Below, one piece after another: positions 1-13,335 of a stretch of DNA of 64,000 nt; the stretch's first letter is position 1; each line of letters starts with the position of its first letter. The notes beneath the pieces were generated by a model, which made no database searches, was not told the origin of the DNA, and was given only the letters and a program-made list of their open reading frames with translations. Origin of the DNA: Chrysomallon squamiferum. Lineage: Eukaryota; Animalia; Mollusca. The stretch lies in NCBI GenBank assembly GCA_012295275.1, contig CM022677.1, positions 22,382,001 to 22,446,000 on the forward strand. The letters are read 5' to 3'. Made by a program: the position numbers and the translations under genes.

Positions 1-867
1 AATACATTGTGTTTTATTAAGAAAAACTAAATATTTGTTCACATTACAACCAAGTACATGATGTACAAGTGAAACTTTGTCGTGTGATGTTTGCTATTTG
101 TTCTGCTTGAATAAATTTAATAAATGCTGTTATATAATATTAATCCTATTGTAATTATATTAACTCCAGCTGCTAAGAAACAAAAAAAGGTTTTATTAAA
201 CAAAATATAAATATTTGTGATGATTACATGTATGTTGTATGTCAGATAACTCATTTACATTATACAACAGAATTACCTCCCCCTACCATATATATATATA
301 TATAGTTCAGTTTTAATTATCTATTTTAACTCTTTTTTAATAGTGTCAGTTTTAGAATAGATGTGTATCTGTTATAAAATATGCTATGATAGTATCTCTT
401 TGAAATAGTTTTCTTTTATCTATTCTGAAAATCTTGCAAAACCATGTCGAGTCTGAATATTTATTTATTTATTGTCTGTTTGTTTGTTCGTTTGTCTGTC
501 TGTCACAGCTATTACATACAACCAAACACAGATGGCCTCACTGATTATGTGTTGGTGATAACAGAGAACCTTTCTAAGTAACATGAAAACAATGGGTTGA
601 GTGATTTGAGTATCGTAAAACAAACAATCGTTAGAGTATTACTAATGGCAATGTCGTCTTATATTCTTTAGTCGAATGTAGTAAAAAAAATAAAAATAAG
701 TAGAAATCTGAGGATTATTCACGCGAAGTGAAATATAATCTTACTTCAAATACAATAATTAAATTAAATAGATTTCTCAGGATTGTTGAAATAGGGTTTT
801 AATTCATACATAAAATGGAATTAAAATAAAATAATTAAAACAAAATTAAATATGATCAGATTTCGAA

Positions 868-923
<56 letters not shown>

Positions 924-1623
924 TAAAACGATAAAAAAAAAGTAAATAAATAAATTCTTACATATATAAGAGATTCGTATATCTGTTTATTAGAACACAC
1001 GATCTGAAATGACGTAATGTTCAAATTAATGACGCAATCGACGGAAATTACTCAGCGTCTGCTCCAAAGAAGAAATACTTATCATATGCAATTTTAATAT
1101 ATTTTCTTACTCTTATGAAATGCTGCCATCTAAATTAAAGGAAAAAACCCCGTAAAAACAGAAACTGAAAGGAAATACAGTGGCTTTCATTCAATTTGTT
1201 CTTCATAATTTCTTTTCTCAGTCGTTTAAATCCATACAAACTAGCAGTTTCAGTGAGTATTCTATTTATATTTGTAACTGGATAAATATGGTGAACTTTA
1301 AAAAAATAATAATAATAAATAAAATAAAAACTATAATAATAGTAGTTTTAGTAGTTTTTAGTAGTAGTAGTAGTAGTAGTTGTTGTTGTTGTTGTTGCTG
1401 CTGTTGTGGAAGTAGTGAAAATAATAAATAAATGAATAAATAATAGAAAGACGACACTAAATAGCAGTTTTGTAAATTTGCGCCTACAGCAAGCACTAAA
1501 TTATGCCCCTATGTAACATTTGACACCCATATTTTAGATAACATTACCATAACATAAAACTAGTTGAACTGTTAGATAATATTTTAATATATTTTATTTT
1601 TCAGATTACAGCGAAGTCAAAAT

Positions 1624-3364
1624 ATGAAGACTATTATTCACTTTTTCATCATCCAAGAGTTGGTAACAATATCGTGTGAGTGTATAAAACTACAATAATG
1701 AACATCTCGTACTAGTTACATTGTGTTATACTATTACCCGCCTCGAGCCTGTCAATCAACTATGTTGTTGTTGTTTTAACTTTTATATACAATTAGATAA
1801 TTGACCCTAAGGCGGTTCTTTTTATTTTCTGCTCTTAATTTACGTCTGACATATTTTAGGTGTTTTCGCACATTCAGTTTCATCCCTGTATTGTGTTGTG
1901 TTATGTCATATTTTTTCTTTTCTTTTTCTTTCTTTCTTACAAATACAGTTATGTGTTTTTATTTGTACGGACGAATTTTTCTATCTTTCTCTTGAAAATA
2001 TTATTATTATTATTATTATGTTGTCTAGTGGGATTAGCAAGAACGAATATAGATTGTCTGGAAGCACCACAGGCCGGACAAACTACGAAATTAAGATGTA
2101 AAGTACTTGGTAATGTAACAGAAGGAATAAGATTTACACGGCTAAGAAATGATAGTCTAGAAAAAGTTGTTGGTTGTAATCGTCTAAATACGAAGTGTAA
2201 GACATCCAACGAAAGATACACTGCAGTAATTGAGGGTGCGGTCATCACAGTCACCATAGAATCTTTCAGTAAAAAGGATGAAGGTCTGTGGATCTGCAGT
2301 GATGGTGAGTCGCGTGCTGATCGTGGAAAAAAATGCAGCAAAATTATCCGAAGTAAGTCACATATATAAACACTTGCATCATACACATAGAGACAAGCAC
2401 ACAGACTCAAGTACACAAAGACGTACACGGTTTTATATCAGATTTGTGTTTATATGTGTTTTGCATGCATTGCTTTGTGCGTGCATCGCTTTGTGCGTGC
2501 GGGGCTTTCAATTTGCTTTACCGTACAGTGGATTTGAGTCAAGACTCTATCCTTAAAAAAAAAAAAAAAAAAAAAATAAATAAATAAATAAATTATATGG
2601 AGAAGTGAGATTGTTATTCTGAAAACATTAAAAGAAATCCCAAACAAATTTATCAGTAACACGTGAACAATCAATATCAAACGAGAATATCGCTGGTTTT
2701 ATGTCACTCTTCATTATTATATACCTCGGAATAGAAAAAATAAAATTATCTGATTTCGCACAGAACTGCATGGCAAAGCTAACAGTGCAACAGTGTGTGT
2801 AAAAAGCCACTGCTGGAACAGTTCTTCATGAATAGCTTTGTTTAATCTACGCTTACTACTAACCGGTGAATGCATTAGCCGCTCATCAGAATAACCTGAG
2901 TGGAGACATCGTGTCTGGCAGACATTCATACAAAACGTTTTTGTCTGTGAAGCGAAAGTCATTGTCAGTTACCCATTGATGAAATGTTTTCGAAAAATGC
3001 TGAAACTTACATTCACTGGTACTCATATTGGACGATTTATAGCAAATGTGAAAATAATCGACATATAGGGATCAAGCTTTCAGTGATTTCATCTTCACAA
3101 ACTACATCCAAATCTTTTGTCCTAATGTTTCCCTTACAAGAGTTTCAGGAAGAATGAAGCGACACAATGAGTACACAAAACTCTCGACTGAAGAAGACAT
3201 CAAGTTGAACATTCTACGAGTAGTGTACCATTCTTCAATTTTTAAAAACTGTTCGGCTCACCTGACAAGCCGACAAACCCATTCTCAATAGCAAACACTG
3301 ACAGCTTGCTCACGTAGATGAACTAATGATCGGCAACTCAGCACCAGCAATATTAGTAATAACA

Positions 3365-3421
<57 letters not shown>

Positions 3422-6170
3422 TATATAGGCTTTTTACTATTTTCCATATTAGTAATTAGTTATATATATACACGCACGCACGCACGCACACACACACACA
3501 CTCAGTGGTACGTGTCCTGTACAGAAACCCATGGGCGAGAAAAAGTGTCCCTACATTCCAATTGTTTTCAACATGTTTACAATGTTTATTCACAATCATC
3601 ACAGCAGTATCCACAACAAACAGCAAGTATCGCGGATTTCTCCAACATTACAGTAGTTTTGAACATATTTACAATCTTGATCAAGTGTTCACTGAAATAA
3701 AACTTACAACTAATTGTGTTTGAAACCAACATAGATCTGCAAGTCATGACACAGTTAAAAGAATCCGCGAACTGCAATCGCTAAACGTTTGCTCGCCAAT
3801 CCGTGCGAGGTCAAACCATCTGATACATAAATATGAAAATTCAAACATTCACCATCTTTCTGTGCGTGTTTAATTTATTACAAACATCGCGTCTTTAGCG
3901 GACTTATGGAGTAGAAAAGATGGTGCGGCTGATGGAGATCGGGGCTCTGTTTGGGTTTCTATGTTTGTAAAACTTAAATATACCTTACACTTATTACGTG
4001 CTTTATGATGTGCAAAATAAGTCTTATTTACATCCATCAGTGAACTGGATATTTTTGTAATTGCAATTTAGTAGCGAGCCGTTATTCCTGCTATGTTTGT
4101 CGTGGGTAGTTATTTGATTGATGTAAATAAAGACTGTAAATTTGTTGAAAACAGTTGTCTGTAATTTTTGTCTCTCAGATGAGAGGACAACCGCAGTGTA
4201 GGGACGCTTATTATTGGCCCCTTGGATGTCCTTACAAAACAGGTTAACACTTTATTTTCTTTGAATTAAAACATACATATATATATATCATTATTATTTT
4301 TTTTTCTTCTTCTACTACAGATACTAGTCTTAGAAAATTGACTGGCGGTAAGAATGTATATATTATCATTTCTGAATTATTTTTATCGCCGTCGTTATTG
4401 AAGCTCACTAACTCCTACACCATGACACTTTCTTTCTTTCTCTCTCTCTCTCATTCAGATAATAACTGAGGGACATAACATTTTGATATGATATTGTAGC
4501 AGTATTCTTTTGTAATCTATATACCTGAAGTTTTAAGGAATTACTTTTGTTTTGCTTTTATTTTATACCAGGAAAGTCCGGAAGAAAAGAAAAGCTATGT
4601 AAGTAATAACAAAAATATCCATATATATATTTTACTTCTGCACATTGACAGTAAACTGAAGTGTCACCTCAAGCGAAAAACCTGTATGATTCACATTATT
4701 TAACAGAAAAAAAAAAGAAAAAAAAGCCTATAATTATTAATGAAATATAAATAATAATAAAAGAAAGCAAACAAAAAAAAGAAAAATTAAAAATTCATGT
4801 CTAACAGTTAATAGTATTTTATTTTTGTCAAATGAGATGCAAGAACTATAGAATTGATGAAGTTTGTATTTGCAATAATCTTATCTTATTCGTTAAGCAT
4901 AATTGCACGTAATTATCTTCAGTATTTTAATTTAAACTATTTTTTTTACTTATTTATTTTCTATATACAATTTCTTTTTACTTTTTTTGTACCTTTTCGT
5001 TTTCCGTTCCTTTTTGTTTCCTCTGTCGTTTTTCCTCTTTCTTTTCTTCATTTTTCATTTTTCTTTATTCTTACATTATATCTTTCATTATTTCATTATT
5101 TTTGTCTTTCATCCATCATACTTTACATATCACCATTAATCATTTCGCGAGAATCCAGCGAGCCAAACGTTTGCGTGCCAAATCTGATACATAATTTTGA
5201 TAATTCAAACATTCAACATCTTTCTAAACATGTTTATTGTTTTTTGACAAACATCGCGTCTTTAGAGGACTTTTCAGGTGGAAAAGATGGCGCGGCTGAC
5301 AGAGATCGGGTCTCTGTTTGTGTTTCTGTAGTTTAAAACTTAAATATACGTTATGCATATTATTAGTTTTATGAAGTGCAAAGTAAGTTTTATTTACACC
5401 CTTCAATGAACTCGAAAATATTGATTGCTGGTAAGAACTTATAAATTAACATTTCAGAATTATTTTTATAGTCGTCGTCGTCGTTGTTGTTGTTGTTGAA
5501 GCTCAGGTATTATAATATCTTTATTCATTAGGACTCTCTCTCTGTCTCTCAATCATGATAATAACCGACGGAAACACACATTTTTGTTTTAGTTTTATGA
5601 TTATTCATTTGTACGATTTCACTTCGTACCTGAGTTTTTAAGGAATTAATGTTGTTTTATTTTCTTTCTATAGCAGTAAGGACCAGAAGTAAAGACATGC
5701 ATCGTAAGTAATCTCAGAAATATACACATACATGCAGATGATCACTGAAATCATCTGGTTACAAATACTACCTTTGAAATTTGTGTTGTTGTTTGGCTGT
5801 CGTTTTCTGACATATTCTTAGGTTTAGCCATGTTTACTTTAAACATTGCTAGTGCACGAAACAGGTCAAGTTTCTGTTAGACACCATTTTGTTGTTATTT
5901 GTTATAATTTATATTATTATTGTTATCATTATTATTATTAGTAGTAGTAACAGTAGTAGTATTTTTGTTGTTAGTATGTTTGCGGTTTTGTCTTCACGTG
6001 ATATAGATATATTGTGAAAAATTATTATCATCATGTTCAGTGTTATGGGTGTATTAGCAATATGACATTTGCTGTTAGTTGTATTTAAAGAAACTAGCAA
6101 GTTAAATAGTTTCCATTTGAAAAGCCATCAAACTGCTTTCTAAATCACTTATTTTATATATATTTGTTGG

Positions 6171-6209
<39 letters not shown>

Positions 6210-8514
6210 TTCCTTTTCTTACAATTATTCATTTAGAAAAAATTCAATTAATTTTGTTTTTCTATTTATTTGTTTTTCAGGATATCCCTACAGCCGTAAG
6301 TTTCATCATATTTAGTCTTACTAGTACATTACTAGTACATTACTAGTACATTACTAGTACATCAGTAGTTCGACATTTCCTATAAATTCGACTTATTGAG
6401 CGCAGACACTGAAACTTACCTGATACACACCTCACATTACTTTCTGATTTTTTTTACATTGTTTTATAGTATCTACATCTGAACTGTTCATTCTAATTTT
6501 ATATATGTCAGTTTATTTAGTTATTACACCAAACATACAACACAGATTACTCGTATCAAATAATACTGTATTAGATAAACATGACTCTTTCCAAAAAGTT
6601 CTACTCTTTAGAGATTCTGAATTTATATTTGTGAATTAATTTTTATTATTAATAATTCAGTGCTTCGCGGTCACCAGGTTTCATTACATTTAAATTACTC
6701 TAAATTAAATACGTTGTTGTTTTTGTTATTATTATCATTGTTTTCTTTTTTTTAATTCATTATTAATTATTTATTCATTTCACTTTCCTTTAATATGACT
6801 ATATTTTTTAACTTTTGAATTATATTTTCCTTTATTTATTTATTGAATTCTTTTATTTCTTCCTCAGAACATTCAGAATACATTGATGATTATTGTAAGT
6901 TTCATCATACTATGTTTTATTAATACATTAATTACACTGCAGTTCATATAACATAAGTAGATCAATACATTAGTCAGACTACATTTCCAATACATTGTAC
7001 TTAACTAACATAAGTAGATCAATACATTAGTCAGACTACATTTCCAATACATTGTACTTAACTAACATAAGTAGATAAATACATTAGTCAGACTACATTT
7101 CCAATACATTGTACTTAACTAACATAGGTAGATCAATACATTAGTCAAACTACATTTCCAATACATTGTACTTAACTAACACAAGTAGATAAATACATTA
7201 GTCAGACTACATTTCCAATACATTGTACTTAACTAACATAGGTAGATCAATACATTAGTCAGACTACAGTTCATATAAGTTGTACTTAACTAACATAAGT
7301 AGATAAATACATTAGTCAGACTACATTTCCAATACATTGTACTTAACTAACACAAGTAGATAAATACGTTAGTCATACTACATTTCCAGTAAATTGTACT
7401 TAACTAACATAGGTAGATCAATACATTAGTCAGACTACAGTTCATATAAGTTGTACTTAACTAACATAAGTAGATAAATACATTAGTCAGACTACATTTC
7501 CAATACATTGTACTTAACTAACACAAGTAGATAAATACGTTAGTCATACTACATTTCCAATAAATTGTACTTAACTAACACAAGTAGATAAATACATTAG
7601 TCATGTTTATTGTACTTAACTAGCATAAGACGATAAAACACCAACTGAAGACAGTGTCGAAAGTTAATTAAATCACGTGAGGTTTTTTTGTGTTTTATGA
7701 TGATACTTTGATAAAATAAAATTATGACTTGAATAAGATTAAATATTTATTCAGATAAACAATTTTTGTTCGAGCTTGTTTGTCCAGATAGATTCTGGTT
7801 ACATGAATAAATGTGTATCTTCGAATTTAGAACAAGGTGAATGCTTACTAGTGTAAAACAGCAATGAAAGATGATAAATAGACTTTACATGTTACATAGA
7901 AGAACATAATTATCATGTCGTAGAAATAGATGTTACTAACACAATACGCTCTGTGTTTCTCTCTCTCTCTCATATTAGTATTTTCTTTTGTTCTCAATCT
8001 CCACAGCGAATCGACCTGTTGGTAAGAGTGTTTTGTTTTATTTAAAAGAACAACAAGAAGAAAAATAACAATAACAATAAAAACAACATCAACCAGAGTT
8101 ATTTATTTATTAATTTATTTATTATTATAATTGTTTATTATTATATTTCACCACACTTCTTACTGTTAAATAATTTTTCTGTTTTCGATCTCTTCAATTT
8201 TCTTTGTATTACATTTCTGTTCAAATACGAATTTGTTTCCTGATGTATTTCATATTGTGTACAAACATCATAAACATACAAAAGGAAAATGAATAGTTAC
8301 ACATTTTAAATGCAGTTAATTTTAAACATAAAAGAAGAACGAGTAAAACTGTGAAGCATTGTATCCATTTTATTATTATTATTAATATTTCTTCTTTTTT
8401 TTTTTTTTTTTTTTTTTTTCTTTCTGTGTACGGCACTAGTGAATTTGTTTCCTACTCCAGTCGAATAAAACATTTATTCTACTCGAAACAGTGTCCAGTG
8501 GTAGCGTCATAAAT

Positions 8515-8553
<39 letters not shown>

Positions 8554-8856
8554 CTCTTGTTTTTCTCTGATTTCTTCACCAGGGTCTTCTCAGGATGTGG
8601 ATTATGGTCGTAAGTATCATCAGAAAATATATGTCTTGTATTTTTCACTAATACTGTTATCACATCATCATCATCTTCCACTGTCATCGTCTTTAAATTG
8701 TAATGTTACTCTTCTTATTGTTTTCCTTCTTATTATTATTTTCTTCTTCTTCTTTATTATTATCACATGACGTTCTTGCTTTTACTCTTCTTCTGCTTCT
8801 TTTTCTTCTTCTTCTTCTTCTTCTTCTTCTTCTTCTTCTTCTTCTTCTTCTTCTTC

Positions 8857-8908
<52 letters not shown>

Positions 8909-9232
8909 ACAACTTTGTGCCGGAGAATTCTCACGGTAAGTTTATGAAAACCGTCTCCATTCTCCATTCATAGCTTTATGTACGTACGTATGTATTTCAT
9001 TTCTGGAATTAAACATTGTTATTGTTTTTCTCATTCTTATTCTCGGTATTTTCCCCGGTTTTTCTTATCTCTGTAACTGTTTTGCTGCAAGTAAAGTTTA
9101 TTTTATTACTCGTTACTTTGCACTCATCCTTGTTTTACTTCTTTTTCTTCATGTATTTTAAATGTCTTCGGCAGAATCTTCGGTGTCTGAAGAAGACAGG
9201 AGTGAGTCATTTTTCAACGAATTATCTCTCTC

Positions 9233-9281
<49 letters not shown>

Positions 9282-9734
9282 GTAAGAGCTAATATTTAAA
9301 GCATTTTCCTTATTTTCATTTATGCCCCAAAAACAACAACATAATAATAAAATAAAAAATTCAAACAGCCGAATAGGTATCTTACCTACTTAGTTTTCAC
9401 CGTAGCAACACGTGATGTTTGAGAGTTGATTACGTTTTTGTTGTTTCACTTTTCCAGACCGTCCTTTAAGAGCCAAATATACCGCTTCAAAGACTGTTGT
9501 TGGTAGTTTTTTTTTTTTTTTTTTGTATGTTTCATTTTATATTATTATTGTTAAATAATTAAAAAAAAATACAAAAAAAAAAAAAAAAAAAAAAATTAAA
9601 AATAAAATAGAAATAAATAATAATATTGCCGGCAGTAAAGCGTTCTTCTTATATTTTAATATGACATGGCATATATCACTGTTGTTGCTGTAGTAATTTG
9701 TGAGCCCTAATATACATTCTGAAGTCTATTGTGC

Positions 9735-9777
<43 letters not shown>

Positions 9778-10256
9778 GACTGTTATTATTGTCCATTTTT
9801 ATTTTTATTTTTTGTTTGTCGTTGTTGCTATTTTTGTATAATTGATTCATTTATTATGTTGTTGTTGTTTTTTTTGGTGGTTTTTTTGTTGTTTTGTTTC
9901 CTAGGTGTTTGTATAGCTCTAGCGATTATTGCATGTGTAGTTGCATTTCTCCTGGTTGCATCGTGGAAAAGGTGATTTGACATTTTTTACCATTTTTTTT
10001 ATATCAAACAAAATACAGGAAGAAGGCAATCTGAAATAAAAATTCATTTCACAATCCAGTGTTAAGTGTACACCAGCACAAATCAATAAAATATTCAGGA
10101 AAACATCGAAATATATATATATAATAGCCTAATGATATTATGAGCAATGTGTTTTTTATTATTATTATTTACGATTACTTATTACATTTAGAATGGTCAC
10201 TGACAATATCACGAGAAATAATTATCTAGCAAACTGTTTCACAAACATAACAAGAA

Positions 10257-10316
<60 letters not shown>

Positions 10317-10323
10317 ATCTCTC

Positions 10324-10358
<35 letters not shown>

Positions 10359-10671
10359 GTAATAATAATAAGGTTTCAAATATATATTATATGCAGTTCC
10401 GTTGTTTAGTTTGTTATTTTATTTGTGTTTGTGGAAAGATAAACCCGGATACCTGTATTTTACACATACATAGTAGTACCAGTATTTTAAAGAAATCAAA
10501 AGAAAAAGAAAAATGAAAACGAAAGTAAATTATAATTTCGTTCACAGGTCGAAGAAACTGAAAGTTGTTTATGAAAAATTTCCTGAAGAAAAAGTTGAAG
10601 CAGGATCAGAAAAAACTGAAGAAGCTGCATCATTTGACAACCCTGCGTTTGAACCTGACAAGCTTAACTGA
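1624..10671 (+). CDS. Single Ig-like-domain type I transmembrane protein with a micro-exon-encoded stalk
   Basis: Exons read by eye: 1624-1675 (MKTIIHFFIIQELVTIS, signal-peptide-like); 2029-2352 (Ig-like: LRCKV B-strand Cys, DEGLWIC F-strand motif, 6 Cys); uncertain exon(s) near 4072-4101 and 4179/4186-4242; small exons 4321-4347, 4572-4598, 5677-5703, 6281-6295, 6868-6894, 8007-8021, 8583-8609, 8909-8935, 9175-9201, 9458-9502; TM exon 9905-9971 (GVCIALAIIACVVAFLLVASWK); tail exon 10548-10671 (RSKKLKVVYEKF...FDNPAFEPDKLN*). The firmly called exons have AG/GT boundaries and join in frame without stops. Confidence 0.8.
3760..5730 (+). repeat. Diverged intragenic tandem duplication (about 3760-4620 copied at about 5145-5730 with an internal deletion)
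   Basis: Shared blocks include aaacatcgcgtctttag..gaaaagatgg.gcggctga..gagatcggg.ctctgttt (3881-3950 vs 5250-5320) and ttttaaggaatta (about 4531 vs 5636). The micro-exon/donor contexts also match. Confidence 0.8.
4321..9502 (+). other. Array of ten symmetric phase-1 small exons (7x27 nt, 2x15 nt, 1x45 nt)
   Basis: Each follows a T-rich tract ending in CAG. Nine end at GTAAG/GTGAG donors and the 45-nt exon ends at GTAGT. Every length is a multiple of 3 and none has an in-frame stop. Peptides: DTSLRKLTG / GKSGRKEKL / LRTRSKDMH / RYPYS / QHSEYIDDY / SNRPV / GSSQDVDYG / HNFVPENSH / ESSVSEEDR / NRPLRAKYTASKTVV. Confidence 0.8.
6950..7625. repeat. 57-bp intronic minisatellite, about 12 copies
   Basis: Unit aacataagtagatcaatacattagtcagactacatttccaatacattgtacttaact; copies at 6951, 7008 and onward. 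Confidence 0.95.
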
Positions 10672-11225
10672 ACCAGTGACGTTTCACAGTAATAGAATAG
10701 AAACACTTAACAATCAGACATTTGTTTTATTTGTGTTTAATTTCAACTTCAGATTAAATGTAATATATATATATAGGCTTTATGTTCTAGTGTTTCTGTC
10801 AAAGATTGTGTGTATGTCATTGTTACGTGTGAATTTGTCTAGTTTTTGTGTTTATGTTTCTGTTTTTGTGATAACTTTTATGATAATACTGAAGTATAAA
10901 ATTTCCTTCATGTTACTAAGTCATACTTTTTGTTTGATAATTAAATTTTAGTTCTTGTTAAAACTTTAAAAATATAAATATATTTTTGTTATAAAGTTGG
11001 TTTTTATTATTAAAGTGTTAAATCAAAAACAATTTCGTCATTTAACTTTTAACAACAACAACAAAAAAATAAACAAATAAAGAGAATAAAATAAAAAAAA
11101 TAGCTGTCAAATGTATTTACGAAAGGTATTCCGGATAAAACTTTCATTCTATTTTGATTCACTGATTGACTGAAACAATCATTTCTTACATCCACAACAT
11201 TAGAACCTTACACAGATTTCTGATC

Positions 11226-11258
<33 letters not shown>

Positions 11259-11730
11259 GTAATAATGAAAAGCATATATAAAAATCTGACCTTGAGATGT
11301 TGTTTAAATTAGTTTGATATTACATCATTCTGTGTTGGGTTAGTGCTAATCAGGGGAAATAATATTACTAAAATTCTTTATCCTGCTGAAGGCGTTAACA
11401 AATTATCTCCCTTCATCCAATGAATTTAAGTAGAAAAGCTGCAGTTGAAAAGCTGATGATCTCTTCAAATAAAAGGAATTAAATTCTAGTATACACAATG
11501 TATATAAACTGTTAATAAAGACTGATTTATTCCAAATTTCATAATCAGAAAAAAATAAAACAGAAAACGAAAAGAAAAATAAACAGTATTAGTAGCAGTA
11601 GTAATAGCAGAAAGTATTCTAGTTCAGTTACATTCGTGTAATAGAAGTAGTAGTGATAGTAATACAATATATTGTAATGGTTACTGTTAGTAATGGAATA
11701 ACTGGTATGGCAGATATGTTACATATATGT

Positions 11731-11762
<32 letters not shown>

Positions 11763-11894
11763 GTAATTTTTCCATGACGTAACAAGTTTTCTGTTTGTCT
11801 TTGTTTATGTTAGTATATACAGACTATAGAGAGAGACAGAGAGAAAGACAGACAGACGGTCAGACAGACGGTCAGACATATATAAAAGAAAAAG

Positions 11895-12605
11895 TGTAGT
11901 GGTTAGAGTCTAAAACTGATGTGATGTAGGTTGAAGTGTTGTTGTTCTCACTGAGCTAGTAGACTCTAAGACGAGACTGGTTTGTTGTGTTCAGTGCAAT
12001 TAGTTGATACAGTGCAGTGGTTAGAGTCTAAGACTGATGTGATGTAGACTGAAGTGTTGGTTGTTCTCACTGAGCTAGTAGACTCTAAGACGAGACTGGT
12101 TTGTTGTGTTCAGTGCAATTAGTTGATACAGTGCAATGGTTAGAGTCTAAGACTGATGTGATGTAGATTGAAGTGTTGTTGTTCTCACTGAGCTAGTAGA
12201 CTCTAAGACGAGACTGGTTTGTTGTGTTCAGTGCAATTAGTTGATACAGTGCAATGGTTAGAGTCTAAGACTGATGTGATGTAGACTGAAGTGTTGTAGA
12301 CTGAACTGGTTTGTTGTGTTGGCAATTAGTTGATACAGTTCTAAGACACTGAAGTGTTGGTTGTTCTCACTGAGCTAGTAGACTCTAAGACGAGACTGGT
12401 TTGTTGTGTTCAGTGCAATTAGTTGATACAGTGCAACAGTTTGTTTTCAATGGACTCTAAGATGAGACTGGTTTGTTGTGTTCAGTGCAATTAGTTGATA
12501 CAGTGCAATGGTTAGAGTCTAAGACTGATGTGATGTAGATTGAAGTGTTTAGAGTTTTCACTGAGCTAGTAGACTCTAAGACGAGACTGGTTTGTTGTGT
12601 TCAGT
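11895..12605. repeat. 118-119-bp tandem repeat, about 6 copies (some rearranged)
   Basis: ggttagagtc recurs at 11901, 12019 and 12138; the unit contains gagctagtagactctaagacgagactggtttgttgtgttcagtgcaattagttgatacag. Confidence 0.9.
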
Positions 12606-12617
12606 GTGTGTAAAGAT

Positions 12618-12692
12618 AAAAGGAAGGAAATAAATGTTTTATTTAACGATGTACTCAGGATATTTTATTTACGGTTATTAGATGTCAAACAT
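12618..12692. mobile_element. Short fragment of a probable high-copy interspersed repeat (SINE-like end)
   Basis: aaggaagg..aaatgttttatttaacgatgtactca..attttatttacggttat resembles, from memory, an abundant interspersed repeat of peltospirid gastropod genomes. Not verified by a search. Confidence 0.35.
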
Positions 12693-13293
12693 AATTTCCG
12701 TGCAGCAGAAATTAAGTGTGTAATTATTTCTACAAATAAAACTTTAACATGAATTCAGAATGTATCTACAGGCACATGCTTTAATCATTCGTTAAGAGAA
12801 TAATTAAATTAACGTAACTCAGACGTTTAATAAAGAAATAACATCAGTCGTGATGTATCGTCAGACTTAAAACAAGTTTAAACTGAAATTTCTTAGTCAA
12901 AATTTTATTATTTTCATGACTGTTTTCATTACATCTTCTGATTTCATTTCGGTTTTTTATTTATTTACTTATTTAGTTTCCAGATATTGGATTATTATGA
13001 TTATTATTATTATTATTGTTATTATTATTTTTTACTTGTTTATTTTTATTTGTTTTGTTTTTTTCTTGTAAATTATATTTTCTTTTGTTAGTGTTGGTTG
13101 TATTTGTTTCGTATTTCTTTTTCTTTTTCTTTTTTTTTTTTCTTGCAACATTTATTCTCTTTAAAGATGGTCCTATATTTTTCCTGACCTTATATATTGT
13201 ATTACTTTAGTCATCATAATATTTTAGTTGCTGATATTGTTGATATTATTTTTGTTTTATTTTATTTCATTCCAGTAATTTTTTATGTTTTAT

Positions 13294-13335
<42 letters not shown>

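Noticed and set aside
6950-12605. Regular repeats that might be taken for CRISPR arrays
   Set aside because: They are head-to-tail tandem units without unique spacers, there are no cas genes, and the context is eukaryotic.
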